From Bacillota bacterium (GTDB lineage Bacteria > Bacillota > Desulfitobacteriia > Desulfitobacteriales > JAJXUE01), in NCBI GenBank assembly GCA_021783135.1, contig JAJXUE010000003.1:51085-115084 (forward strand): a stretch of DNA of 64,000 nucleotides, read 5' to 3'. The position numbers and the translations under genes are program-made. This document shows, in pieces, positions 48,266 through 58,399 of the stretch (position 1 is the stretch's first letter; every line of letters starts with the position of its first letter). Below the pieces are notes generated by a model. It was not told where the DNA came from and made no database searches. It saw only the letters and a program-made list of their open reading frames with translations.

Positions 48266-48907
48266 TTAATTATGCGGCCTTTGGTCATTTAAGATAAGTC
48301 GACAGATAGCTAGGGCTTGGGCAACATCTCTGGTGTAATAGTCCACACCTGTATACTCCTTAACCTGCTCATCCACAGGGTATCCCCCCACAATTATCTT
48401 GACTTTATCGCGCAACCCAACTTCTTGGAACAAATCCACTACTTTTTTAACCGTACCCACACAAAATGAAAGCAAGACACTTATCCCTAAGATTGGTGCG
48501 CCGCAGGCATTGACGGACTCCACGAATTGTGCCGGCGAAACATCTACGCCTAAATCCAAAACTCGAAAGCCATGCGAACGCAATAGATAAATCGCGATAT
48601 TTTTTCCGAGGTCATGAATGTCTCCTTCAATTGTTCCCATCACGATGGGTACTCCACTTTGCTGCACATCTAACGGAATCAATGGCTCTAATATTTGCAT
48701 TACGCCTTTAAAGATCTCTTCTGACATCACTAGATCAGCCAAAAAGTAATCGCCCTCACTATAGCTTTTGCCAACAAGTTCTACACCCTGGCGACAAATT
48801 TCCACTATATCAAGTGGAGTATACCCATTTTGTAATAATTCTTTCACTAGCGCCAATGTGGTTTGTTCATCCAAATCAGCCATAGCTGCTAATAACTTCT
48901 CCTTCAT
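48266..48907 (-). CDS. Corrinoid (cobalamin-binding) protein
   Basis: GTIEGDIHDLGKN, DLGVDV, IVGG. Confidence 0.92.
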   Translation of the reverse strand: MKEKLLAAMADLDEQTTLALVKELLQNGYTPLDIVEICRQGVELVGKSYSEGDYFLADLVMSEEIFKGVMQILEPLIPLDVQQSGVPIVMGTIEGDIHDLGKNIAIYLLRSHGFRVLDLGVDVSPAQFVESVNACGAPILGISVLLSFCVGTVKKVVDLFQEVGLRDKVKIIVGGYPVDEQVKEYTGVDYYTRDVAQALAICRLILNDQRPHN

Positions 48908-48925
48908 AATCTCCCTCCAGTCATT

Positions 48926-49681
48926 TCAATCTTTCTTGTACCACCCGTCATAACCGGTCAGTTTATATCTATCCCCACGATAGATTGATTTACTCCAACC
49001 CACCGTTCTATGCTCAGGATCATAGATGGTTTGCTCAATTAAAAAAACTGGAGAATTGGGCACAATCCCTAAAATTGACGCTTCTAGTTCAGTAGCCGCC
49101 GCAACTTGAAGTACCTTTTTGGCGCTAACCGGGAGAAAATTACTGTGAGCAGCAACTAAGCCAGGCAAGGTAGGGTCTTGGAGATCAGACTCTAGAATGG
49201 GTTTACTTTTGCTGTAGAGCGTATACTTGGTTTCGTAAGCCAGACGTTCCTCTGCCGCAGATACAACCATACGGGAAAACAGGAATTTTACATTGGCATT
49301 ACTAACCGCGAACTTTTCCTGAAGCAATTCATTTAACCTGACTATTTTTGCCTCCAAAAGTGTTGTTTTGGCAAGAATGCCGCTTTGCTGGATATTATGA
49401 TTAAAATCATTCAGCTCAAAAACTATGTTATCCAATTTTGGCATCGTTACAAAAGTACCTTTACCCTGCTGCGCATTTACCATGCCGCTTGTCACCAGTT
49501 CAGCAATAGCTCGACGAACTGTCATCCTGCTAATGGCAAAACGCGCGGAAATTTCGGTTTCCGTGGGTATTGCCTCACCCGGCTTAAGCTCCCCTCGCCT
49601 GATTTGGCCTTCCAATAGCTTCGCTAGTTGGTAATACATTGGTATAACTGAAGTTTTATCGATTAATCTATTATTCATCAC
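48926..49681 (-). CDS. GntR-family regulator (HutC/UTRA subfamily)
   Basis: P.Y.QL, P.E..., SRMTVRRA, QGKGTFV, C-terminal YRGDRY. Confidence 0.9.
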   Translation of the reverse strand: MMNNRLIDKTSVIPMYYQLAKLLEGQIRRGELKPGEAIPTETEISARFAISRMTVRRAIAELVTSGMVNAQQGKGTFVTMPKLDNIVFELNDFNHNIQQSGILAKTTLLEAKIVRLNELLQEKFAVSNANVKFLFSRMVVSAAEERLAYETKYTLYSKSKPILESDLQDPTLPGLVAAHSNFLPVSAKKVLQVAAATELEASILGIVPNSPVFLIEQTIYDPEHRTVGWSKSIYRGDRYKLTGYDGWYKKD

Positions 49682-49712
49682 CGTAACAACACCTACAAAT
49701 AGTAATAAATTG

Positions 49713-51557
49713 TTATTTGTTATTAGGAAACACTAACGCATTAACAAATTCTTCCTGGAAATTCTGTGAATTCGACAATTCAATATGCGTGGCTTGCTGA
49801 GCGATATTTAGCGCCTGTTCACGTTCCTGCACCGATAGTAGCGCAAGTATGGCACCGTCGCCCGCCGCATTGCCGATTGCCTGGATCCGTTCCGGTGAAA
49901 CTTGGGGTAACAAACCGATGTCTAGCGCGCTCGCTTTATTTATATAGTTGCCAAACGCACCAGCTAAAAGAACTTGGTCAATCTCGTCCGAGCTTATGTT
50001 CATCTCATGTAAAAGAATTTTGACACCAGCTAAAATAGCACCTTTGGCCAGTTGCAGCTCCCGAATGTCTTTTTGAGTCAAAACGATGTCTTCACCGGAC
50101 ACCGTGGATCTACCCCAAGCTAACACAAATTCGCGACCGTGCTCCTTTTGCCGCAAACGTGAACGTATTTGTTCCGGCAAGTTGGCTAATTGCTCGGGTT
50201 TGTAGACAAGCCGACCGGAACTATCAATAACATGCGCTTTGAGCAGTGCTGCGACAGCATCAATTAAGCCGGAACCACAGATACCGCGCGGAAGGACATT
50301 GCCAATAACCGTTAGCTGCACATCAGTTTCCAAGCTAACTCCTTCGATTGCCCCTTCAGCTGCGCGCATACCGCACTTAATTTCGGCGCCCTCAAAAGCT
50401 GGTCCGGCAGCAGTAGAGCAAGTTAGCAACTTGTTTTGGCCTGCTAAAATCATTTCACCATTAGTCCCAATATCGATCGCCAGCAAGATGCCCGGTCTAC
50501 TGAGCATATCTGCTGCCAATGCGACGCCAACAGTGTCCGAACCAACATACCCGGCAATATTCGGTAGCACTGTCACCTTTCCGGTACTCAACATATTTAG
50601 GCCTAAAGTACTCGCGTCAAGGGTGACTGAGGCACGCACCACCGGGATGAATGGGGCGGGAGCTAGATAAGTCGGGTCGAGCCCTAAAAACAAGTGGCTC
50701 ATTGTCGTGTTGCCAACTACAGTTGCTTGATAAATTTCGTGTGAATGAACATTTGCGCTAACGCATAGTTTGTCGATAATGCCGTTTAAGCCTGCAATTA
50801 CTTTCTCCTGTAATTGACGTCGGCCGTCCGGTTCAATGGCCGCAAAGTTTATCCGCGATATAACATCCGCTCCAAACAGGTTTTGCGGGTTGGTCACAGC
50901 AGCATGGCCAATTTGTAGACCACTGCCCAAGTCAATCAGGTAGGCAACAACGGTGGTTGTCCCAATATCAATCGCAAGACCAAAGCAGCGCAACCGCGTG
51001 TCTCCTGCCTCCACTGCCAATACATCTTCTCCGTCGAGCGTGACTGTAATCCTATACTCAGCCTGACGCAGAATTTTAGGCAAGTTGACCGCAACTGCAT
51101 GATTGAACCGAACGTTGGGCAGATCTAAGGCGGCAACCAGACGTTCCCAATCGGGAAGTTGGTCCGTAATACTGGGTGGTTGGAGGATAACAAAAACTTT
51201 GTGCACACTGGGTGCGAGCAAAAAATTCTTTTTCAAGGTGTGAAATTCAGTTTTGCGTTGATGCACATCAACCTGTTCGTGCAAAGTTACAATAGTATCT
51301 TTAAACAGTGGTCTTTGACAGGCTAACACCCAACCGGCAGACAATTCGCTGGGTGTCAAAAACTTTGTTTCAATCTTGGTTGCTGTCATGTCACTTGGTT
51401 CGAATAGGAGAGCTTTGCACTTACCGCAAGTGCCCTTGCCCCCACAAGCACTTTCAACTTTAACTCCGGCAACAATGGCTGCCTGCAGAATAGTTTTGCC
51501 TGCCTCTACCAGGACCTTTTTGTTGGCTGGTAAAAATGTTACGCTAATCAACCGCAA
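49713..51557 (-). CDS. Reductive activator of corrinoid enzymes (RACo/RamA, ASKHA domain)
   Basis: CGGKGTCGKC 2Fe-2S, DIGTTT, FGADVISRI, DIGTNGE, AGPAFEG, LAGAFG. Confidence 0.92.
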   Translation of the reverse strand: MRLISVTFLPANKKVLVEAGKTILQAAIVAGVKVESACGGKGTCGKCKALLFEPSDMTATKIETKFLTPSELSAGWVLACQRPLFKDTIVTLHEQVDVHQRKTEFHTLKKNFLLAPSVHKVFVILQPPSITDQLPDWERLVAALDLPNVRFNHAVAVNLPKILRQAEYRITVTLDGEDVLAVEAGDTRLRCFGLAIDIGTTTVVAYLIDLGSGLQIGHAAVTNPQNLFGADVISRINFAAIEPDGRRQLQEKVIAGLNGIIDKLCVSANVHSHEIYQATVVGNTTMSHLFLGLDPTYLAPAPFIPVVRASVTLDASTLGLNMLSTGKVTVLPNIAGYVGSDTVGVALAADMLSRPGILLAIDIGTNGEMILAGQNKLLTCSTAAGPAFEGAEIKCGMRAAEGAIEGVSLETDVQLTVIGNVLPRGICGSGLIDAVAALLKAHVIDSSGRLVYKPEQLANLPEQIRSRLRQKEHGREFVLAWGRSTVSGEDIVLTQKDIRELQLAKGAILAGVKILLHEMNISSDEIDQVLLAGAFGNYINKASALDIGLLPQVSPERIQAIGNAAGDGAILALLSVQEREQALNIAQQATHIELSNSQNFQEEFVNALVFPNNK

Positions 51558-51597
51558 AACTCCTTATCCTCGCAAATTTGGCAGAAGACAAACCTAT

Positions 51598-52395
51598 TTA
51601 GTCAACCAAACTATCGTTACGAAATGCTTTTAAAAAATTCCTGCTGAAGCGATCATTGCCCAGCAATAAATTATTAGTGGTAACAGAGGTCATTATTTTG
51701 GCGTCAAGGGGGTCAAGTATCGCGGCATCCATGCCTTGCGCCATGCAGATTGTCAGAAAGTGACGGTTAATCACCTTACGTTTAGGCATGTCATAAGAGA
51801 TATTACTTAAGCCGGATACAGTTTTAACCTTGAACAATCGTTTAATTTCACTCAGACACTGAAAAAACATAACTGCATTGGTATGGCTTACAGCTAAAGG
51901 TAACACCAACGGGTCAATGTACAGCTTATTTAAGTCATAATTTTTCTGGACTAAAATATTTACTAATTGTTCTGCCAATTGTATTCTTTGCTCTGCAGTT
52001 TTAGGAATACCGTTATCATCCAGAGTCAGAGCAATTAGCGGACATTGGTATTCCAGCGCTAAGGGCAGTACTGCTTCCAGTCTCTTTTTTTCTAATGATA
52101 CAGAATTTAGCATGACCTTACTCTTGTCGCCGACATAACTGTCCAGTCCTTGTTTGAGCACAGCCGCGTCCGTGCTATCAAGACACAATGGGGTGTCCAC
52201 GGCTGCTTGTACGGTACGTACAAGCCATGTCATGTCCGCTAATTCTTCGCCTTGAGCTGTGTTTAAATCCAGGTAATCCGCGCCAGCTTGTGTCTGATTT
52301 ACGGCAAGTCCCTTTACAGCTTCAACATCCTTGGCATTGAATACCTGCCTGACACTTGGAATTGCACTATTGAGTTTTTCACCGATGATTAACAA
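51598..52395 (-). CDS. Methyltetrahydrofolate:corrinoid methyltransferase (MT2, pterin-binding)
   Basis: IIGEKLN, GADYLDLN, LDS, IDPL, GLSNIS, AILDP. Confidence 0.9.
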   Translation of the reverse strand: MLIIGEKLNSAIPSVRQVFNAKDVEAVKGLAVNQTQAGADYLDLNTAQGEELADMTWLVRTVQAAVDTPLCLDSTDAAVLKQGLDSYVGDKSKVMLNSVSLEKKRLEAVLPLALEYQCPLIALTLDDNGIPKTAEQRIQLAEQLVNILVQKNYDLNKLYIDPLVLPLAVSHTNAVMFFQCLSEIKRLFKVKTVSGLSNISYDMPKRKVINRHFLTICMAQGMDAAILDPLDAKIMTSVTTNNLLLGNDRFSRNFLKAFRNDSLVD

Positions 52396-52443
52396 TTTCC
52401 AGGCCTCCTTTTATTAACTTATCACTACAGTTATAATTTTAAA

Positions 52444-52553
52444 GGTATAGTTGTATAGACAAGTAAGACTAAAAAATAACACCAACCTCGCATGGTATAG
52501 TTGTATAGACAAATTATTGTTTTTATATTAACAATTTTCTGATTAATAGTCAA
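52444..52553 (-). promoter_or_regulatory. Tandem HutC-type GntR operators and SigA promoter
   Basis: GGTATAGTTGTATAGACAA identical at 52444 and 52494; TTGACT-17-TAATAT on - strand (52553-52525). Confidence 0.75.
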
Positions 52554-52668
52554 CACCCTGCAACATATTTCTCCCCCATGCACCTAACCGCCATTTCACT
52601 CCATTTTAGCGTTAGTTTGAACGAGTTCACTGTACCTATGATTTAAATTGGAAAGTGTTCTCACTGCG

Positions 52669-53550
52669 CTAGCTTTTAAGCTCCTCTAAGAACACTTCCA
52701 TGGCATGTGACCCAAATGGTTCCTTGTGCCGTAAAATTATAAACTTACGGTGTAAATAAACCTTCTTGCTATTAATAGGGCGAGACAACATATCCCCGGC
52801 ATTAAGTTCACGTTGCACGATTAAACGCGACACAACAGCAATTCCCAGGCCGTTGCTTACAGCTTCCTTGACCCCTTCATTGCTGCTAAAAACATAGGCA
52901 CGTTTCACCCTCAGCCCCAGTTGCTTAATCAGGGTATTACTGAATGCCCGTGTGCCTGATCCTGGCTCGCGCATAATCCAAACACAATCCTGTAAATCTT
53001 GCACGGTTATTTTAGGGATTTTGGCCAAAGCATGTCCTTGAGGCATAATCAAAATCATTTCATCGTCCATAAATTCTTCGCACGTTAAACCACTGGTATC
53101 CACTTGTCCTTCGACAACACCTACATCCAAATGATGGGCGCGTAAATTCTGGAAAATTTCTTCAGTATTGGCTATAGTGACTACGATATCTAAGTTAGGA
53201 TATTTAGCAGTAGTTTGAGCCAAAACTTTGGGGAGTATGTACTCGCCAATCGTAAAGCTTGCGCCAATTTTTAAGGTACCGCTTACTACATTGCGTATGC
53301 GATTAATATCTTCCACGGCTAAGTTATACAAGCGCAGAAGATCTTGAGCATAACGGTACATAATTTCGCCGGATGGGGTTAATTCTACGTGTTTAGAGGA
53401 ACGGCTGATCAACCTGGTGCCAAGTTCGTTTTCTAAGTTGCGAATTTGGGAACTCACGCCAGGTTGCGAAAGGTATAATTCATCTGCGGCCCGCGAAAAA
53501 CTTTTTTCTTCGGCTACGGTGAGGAATATTTTTAAGGGGTCAAGCAACAT
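52669..53550 (-). CDS. LysR-family regulator (CysL/YeiE-like)
   Basis: SFSRAA..L.LSQP.VS.QIR.LE, GASFTIGEY.LP, REPGSGTR. Confidence 0.92.
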   Translation of the reverse strand: MLLDPLKIFLTVAEEKSFSRAADELYLSQPGVSSQIRNLENELGTRLISRSSKHVELTPSGEIMYRYAQDLLRLYNLAVEDINRIRNVVSGTLKIGASFTIGEYILPKVLAQTTAKYPNLDIVVTIANTEEIFQNLRAHHLDVGVVEGQVDTSGLTCEEFMDDEMILIMPQGHALAKIPKITVQDLQDCVWIMREPGSGTRAFSNTLIKQLGLRVKRAYVFSSNEGVKEAVSNGLGIAVVSRLIVQRELNAGDMLSRPINSKKVYLHRKFIILRHKEPFGSHAMEVFLEELKS

Positions 53551-53702
53551 TTCGTAGGAACCTCCTGTAGAAGCATTATGATTTTAAATCTTTGCTATAA
53601 GATATCACGATTGTGCTAAGCCAGAAGTATAGATATATTAATTGTAAAGCTCTGGTGCAAATTGTGCTATAAATACTAATTAAAAGTTGAAAGGAAGTAA
53701 TT

Positions 53703-54746
53703 ATGGTAGAAACTAATATTAAAAAACCACTATTCATGTCTAATTTATGGCAGTTAGTTCCAGGTATATTCTTTGTGTTTGTACTAGCGCTCGTTGCTAA
53801 CTGGTTAGGTAATAAATATGCGTTAATCGGGGGGGCTGTTTTCGGCATAATAATCGGTATTTTAATCAACAACACGGTGGGTAAACCCAGCCTGACCGTA
53901 AAAGGAGTAGCATTTACGGGTAAAAAAATCTTGCAGCTAGCGATAATTGTGTTAGGGGCTGGTCTTAGTCTCACTCAGGTGTGGCATACTGGGCTAAGTT
54001 CACTTTACGTAATGGTTTTCACCTTATCCACAGCATTTCTTGCCGCATTCGGCTTTGGCAAGTTAATGCGTATTCCACTGAAGCTTACCACCCTAATCGG
54101 CGTCGGTACAGCTATTTGCGGCGGGTCAGCCATCGCCGCGGTATCCCCCATTGTCGAAGCGGAAGATATGGAAATTGCATATGCTATTTCGACGATATTT
54201 CTCTTCAATGTAATTGCGGTACTGATATTTCCGCCGTTAGGACATCTAATGGGATTTTCGAGCAAAGCCTTCGGGCTGTGGGCGGGAACAGCTATCAATG
54301 ATACCTCTTCCGTGGTCGCGGCTGGCTACGCGTATAGCAATACTGCCGGTGCCTATGCTACGATCGTAAAGTTAACCCGCACTACAATGATCATTCCTGT
54401 TTCTTTGGTGCTCACAGCTATTATGGCTCGACATAACAAAATAAAGTTCCAAGCAGAAGAAGCTGCCGTGAACTTTAGTATAGTAAAGATCTTTCCTTGG
54501 TTTATTTTATGGTTTCTAGTTGCTTCTCTTATGAACACTTTAGGATTATTTAGCAAGGCAATGCTGCCGGACATCAACACTGTGGGTAAATTCCTCATTA
54601 TAATGGCCCTAACCGCAATCGGCTTGGGTTCGAACTTTAAACAACTGGCCAAAACCGGGATAAAACCGTTATTGTTGGGTTTAATTGTTTGGTTTGTGGT
54701 AGCAGCGGTTAGTATTGCTGTCCAGTTTAGCATGGGGCAAATATAG
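53703..54746 (+). CDS. YeiH (putative sulfate exporter) family membrane protein
   Basis: GTAICGGSAIAA, GTAINDTSSVVAA, VKLTR; divergent from LysR. Confidence 0.9.
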   Translation: MVETNIKKPLFMSNLWQLVPGIFFVFVLALVANWLGNKYALIGGAVFGIIIGILINNTVGKPSLTVKGVAFTGKKILQLAIIVLGAGLSLTQVWHTGLSSLYVMVFTLSTAFLAAFGFGKLMRIPLKLTTLIGVGTAICGGSAIAAVSPIVEAEDMEIAYAISTIFLFNVIAVLIFPPLGHLMGFSSKAFGLWAGTAINDTSSVVAAGYAYSNTAGAYATIVKLTRTTMIIPVSLVLTAIMARHNKIKFQAEEAAVNFSIVKIFPWFILWFLVASLMNTLGLFSKAMLPDINTVGKFLIIMALTAIGLGSNFKQLAKTGIKPLLLGLIVWFVVAAVSIAVQFSMGQI

Positions 54747-54759
54747 CATTATGCCTATA

Positions 54760-55272
54760 TCACTCGAACGTCACAATTGTTTCAAGTGGTTTGCGCAATT
54801 TAGCGTGCCGCTCAGGTGATGCACTCTCACCCTCAGAATAGCCAATAGCTAAAATATTGATTGGTTCAACACACTCAGGCAAGTTAAATTCCTGCCGGAT
54901 AACGTCAGGCTTAAAATAACATATCCAAACTGACCCCAAACCTAATTCTGTCGCCTGCAGCATCATATGATCTGTGACAATGCTTGCGTCAATGTCTACG
55001 GTCTGTTTGGCGTCAAACGGACGTTTCCAAGCTTTAGTGTGATCGGCGCATACTATCAGAGCTAGAGGAGCACCATAAAGATTCGTTGCTGTGGCTAGCT
55101 TGGCAAGTGCTGCATCAGATTGAACCACAATTAATTTTTGTGGTTGCATATTAGCGGCCGTAGGGGCAACCCTACCAGCTTCAAGGATGTGCATGAGCTT
55201 ACTCTCTTCAACCTTTTGGGTTTGAAATTTCCGCACCGAGTAGCGTTGTTTAGCCAATTGTAAAAAATCCAT
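54760..55272 (-). CDS. Nitroreductase family protein
   Basis: RYSVRKF, APTAAN.QP, LGLGSVWI. Confidence 0.9.
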   Translation of the reverse strand: MDFLQLAKQRYSVRKFQTQKVEESKLMHILEAGRVAPTAANMQPQKLIVVQSDAALAKLATATNLYGAPLALIVCADHTKAWKRPFDAKQTVDIDASIVTDHMMLQATELGLGSVWICYFKPDVIRQEFNLPECVEPINILAIGYSEGESASPERHAKLRKPLETIVTFE

Positions 55273-55447
55273 TTGAATCCCTCCATTGTTGCCTGATTTA
55301 CTTCAAAGTTGTTTCAGATTCCCTCGTGGGAGATTGCGCCTAGACTTGCTAAAGCCAAGCCTACTATGTATGATGATAACAGTTGGCAAAGCATTGCGCA
55401 ATGTTTTGCCAAAGTTGCTAAATCGATATTATTTAGGAGTGATTATT

Positions 55448-56056
55448 TTGGAATTAATGCAGGCAATGCAAGCTCGTAGAAGTATCCGCAAGTTTAAATC
55501 CGATCCCGTACCGCAGGAATATGTGAGCCAATTAATCGAAGCTGCACGTCTTGCCCCATCCGGAACCAATCTGCAGCCTACTCGTTTCGTGGTGGTACAA
55601 AGCGAGAAAGCTCGGGCCGCATTGAACGAGGCCACTCCACTACCGTTTGTGACCAAAGCTCCACTGGTGCTCGCATGCTGTGTTGATACAGATTCTCTCG
55701 CGGGTCTGGGCACTCGCATAGGCGAATTAAAAGAAGCCGGGGCTTTTGTTGATACCCCGCTCGACAAGGCTGATTCCGAAGGTTACAGCAAACGCACCCA
55801 AATGGATAAGGCCACAGCTCAAGCATACTTACGCTTGAATGCCGCTATCGCTATCGACCATATTACATTACGCGCTATCGACTTGGGTCTCGGTACCTGT
55901 TGGATAATGATGTTCGACCAAGCTAAAGCTAAACAAGCGCTGCAGTTAGGCGATAATTATCATGTCGTGGCGCTTTTACCCGTTGGTTATCCCGACCAAG
56001 CTCCGGCGGCGCGGCCCCGGTTGAGCATCGATGAACTGATCATAAAAGAGCTATAA
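55448..56056 (+). CDS. Nitroreductase family protein
   Basis: RRSIRKF, APSGTNLQP, LGLGTCW; RBS AGGAG + TTG. Confidence 0.9.
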   Translation: MELMQAMQARRSIRKFKSDPVPQEYVSQLIEAARLAPSGTNLQPTRFVVVQSEKARAALNEATPLPFVTKAPLVLACCVDTDSLAGLGTRIGELKEAGAFVDTPLDKADSEGYSKRTQMDKATAQAYLRLNAAIAIDHITLRAIDLGLGTCWIMMFDQAKAKQALQLGDNYHVVALLPVGYPDQAPAARPRLSIDELIIKEL

Positions 56057-56065
56057 GAAGCATTG

Positions 56066-56108
56066 AAAGCTAAAATCAGACTTACGGGTCTAATTTTAGC
56101 TTTCTTTC
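56066..56108 (+). terminator. Terminator
   Basis: AAAGCTAAAAT.AGAC...GTCT.ATTTTAGCTTT. Confidence 0.7.
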
Positions 56109-56183
56109 TATTGCAATATATTCGGCACAATATTCGACATAAATGTTTGAATTATTTGAAAACAATTTCCGTTGTATTTACTC

Positions 56184-56209
56184 CTAAATGTTAATATGTT
56201 AACATTTAG
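56184..56209. promoter_or_regulatory. Perfect 11-bp inverted repeat (operator candidate)
   Basis: CTAAATGTTAA-TATG-TTAACATTTAG upstream of an MFS gene. Confidence 0.55.
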
Positions 56210-56368
56210 CGTAACCATCCTTTCCTCCCACAGTGAGGGTTTAACCCAGACCGAGCTTAGCAAGTTGTTGATCGTTTCTCGGGCAAAAACCTAGTAGAAA
56301 GGCATCACGCTCTTAATGACTGCCGGGTGAGTCTGGTGGTCCTAAACATTTATAAGGGAGGTACTGCG

Positions 56369-57559
56369 ATGTCAGAAAAAGAACGACTTTGGACCCGTGA
56401 TTTTCTGTTGATTGATTTAACAAGTTTCTTGGTCTTTGCTAGTTTTTACTACCTTTTGTCCACGCTCCAACTCTACGTTGTAAATTTAGGGGGGTCAGTC
56501 GCTACAGTAGGTCTGGTCATGGGGCTTTTTACCTTGGTAGCAGTATCGCTGCGACCGGTGGTTGGCCAGATGCTTGATGCTCGTGGTCGACGGGTCATGC
56601 TTTTAGCAGGATTAGTTATTATCTTGGTATCGTTTATGATTTATCCTCTCATTCATGCCTTGTGGTGGGTATTGCTTATTCGCGTTATCCACGGGATTGG
56701 TTGGGCGGTGGTCCCGGTCGCAGCCAGCACCCTGATCGCGGACGTTGTGCCGGCCAAGCGACGGGGCGAGGCCATGGGCTATTATTCCAACTTCATGGAT
56801 GTAGCCATGGCCATCGGTCCATTCATCGGAGTTCTGCTTTTGCAGGCTGGTAGTTTTTCTACCGTATTTTTTGGCGCTGCGATTACCCTTGTTCCGGCAT
56901 TATTTACAATCGGTGCCGTGCATGAGAAATACCAGCCGATGCCCGAGCGCCCCAAGAGTCCGCTTTTGAGCCGTCCGGCAATCTTACCCGGACTGGTGAT
57001 GATGAGCGCTAGCATCGGGTATGGGGCTGTAGTAAGCTTTCTGCCGACATTAGCTTTACATCGGGGTATCACGGGGCACATTTTCGGCATTTCAGACTAT
57101 GCCTTTTATTACATTGTTTACGCCATAACCCTGCTGTTGACGCGAGGTCTTTGGGGCCGACTTTCGGACCGACATGGACGCAAGGCCGCAATTATACCCG
57201 GAATGCTGTTGCTGGCGGCCGGCACGTTAATACTCGCTTTTACCAATTCCCTCCTCCTGTTATTGTTAGTTGGCATCGTGTACGCAGCTGGCTTTGGGTC
57301 GGCACAGCCCGCCATAATGGCGTGGACCGTGGACCGTGCCGGTCACAGCGGTTGGGGCGCAGCTGTATCCACCTTCTTTATAGCCTTCGATGGCGGGCTT
57401 GGTCTGGGAGCTATAATCATGGGCGCAGTAATCCAGCACTTTTCCTATCGAGCCAGCTTTTTGGCAGTTACGTTCATTACCCTGCTCGGATTCCTTCTGT
57501 ATGTATACCAACTCCGCAAAGAAGAGTTACCTCCGGGAAGCACGTCCCATCAAGCCTGA
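56369..57559 (+). CDS. MFS transporter
   Basis: LWTRDF, G...D.RGRR, R..HG.G, RRGEAMG. Confidence 0.9.
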   Translation: MSEKERLWTRDFLLIDLTSFLVFASFYYLLSTLQLYVVNLGGSVATVGLVMGLFTLVAVSLRPVVGQMLDARGRRVMLLAGLVIILVSFMIYPLIHALWWVLLIRVIHGIGWAVVPVAASTLIADVVPAKRRGEAMGYYSNFMDVAMAIGPFIGVLLLQAGSFSTVFFGAAITLVPALFTIGAVHEKYQPMPERPKSPLLSRPAILPGLVMMSASIGYGAVVSFLPTLALHRGITGHIFGISDYAFYYIVYAITLLLTRGLWGRLSDRHGRKAAIIPGMLLLAAGTLILAFTNSLLLLLLVGIVYAAGFGSAQPAIMAWTVDRAGHSGWGAAVSTFFIAFDGGLGLGAIIMGAVIQHFSYRASFLAVTFITLLGFLLYVYQLRKEELPPGSTSHQA

Positions 57560-57582
57560 TTATTAAAGCAGCTGGTAATAGT

Positions 57583-57619
57583 TTTAAGGCGCAGAGTTAT
57601 TTTGACTCTGCGCCTTAAA
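57583..57619. terminator. Bidirectional terminator
   Basis: TTTAAGGCGCAGAGT...ACTCTGCGCCTTAAA. Confidence 0.8.
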
Positions 57620-57646
57620 TAGTATTAACTGACTTTCGCCATATAT

Positions 57647-58279
57647 TTAGTAGTATTGGCTGAACAGAGCACCTTGTCTGCCGGTAATTTGATAGCTGCT
57701 TCCTTGGTTTAGTAACGTCCATTGCACCAGCGTATGCTGTATACCGTTATACACTTCGGAATCTACGGTAATGGTCTTCCCTTTTTGGCTGACAATATAT
57801 ACTTTATCTACATATACATCAACATTTGCTGATCCATTAAGCGGAATATAGGTTTGCCCCCAAATAGTAGTCGGATGCAGTGCCTTAAGCATATTTGCGG
57901 TAATCGGCGCCGCCCAAAAAGTTTGAAAATACGCTTTAATGTTGGCCACAGAATCAAACGGCGCAGGTGACAAACCATAGTTTTGCCCGCTTTGCGTTAC
58001 ACTGCTATTTGTGCCTGCTGTATCCACAACAGTCCAGTATGCCCTTTCGGCTTGGGACACAAAGTCAGCTATGCTGCGCGGGGCCGGCTGTAAAGTATTG
58101 GGGACCACGCTAACTGTTCCGGTGCTAATAATGCTGGCCGGATTAAGCGAAATTGGCGCCAAGTTGCTTGGTACTGTAAGTCCTACGCCGGGAATCGGAA
58201 TATAGCCCATATAAGTGCAAACCAAAATCAGAAAAATTATTAGTACCACAGTGATAAAACCGTTTAATGCAGTATTCAA
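57647..58279 (-). CDS. Membrane-anchored exported protein (IseA-like fold possible)
   Basis: N-terminal TM helix; ..AE.AYW, F.S...IK.Y....W. Confidence 0.55.
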   Translation of the reverse strand: MNTALNGFITVVLIIFLILVCTYMGYIPIPGVGLTVPSNLAPISLNPASIISTGTVSVVPNTLQPAPRSIADFVSQAERAYWTVVDTAGTNSSVTQSGQNYGLSPAPFDSVANIKAYFQTFWAAPITANMLKALHPTTIWGQTYIPLNGSANVDVYVDKVYIVSQKGKTITVDSEVYNGIQHTLVQWTLLNQGSSYQITGRQGALFSQYY

Positions 58280-58399
58280 CCGGTATTCCCCCTCTGGCAA
58301 TTTTTATTATCTTTCCACTGGGCTACCGTATTGTCATTTTTTACTCGCGCCATAATTAACCATCACATGCCAATGTTATGAAGTCAGTAAACCGTATTT

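Noticed and set aside
55286-55447. Long N-terminal extension of the nitroreductase
   Set aside because: It crosses the divergent promoter region; RBS and family start fit TTG at 55448.
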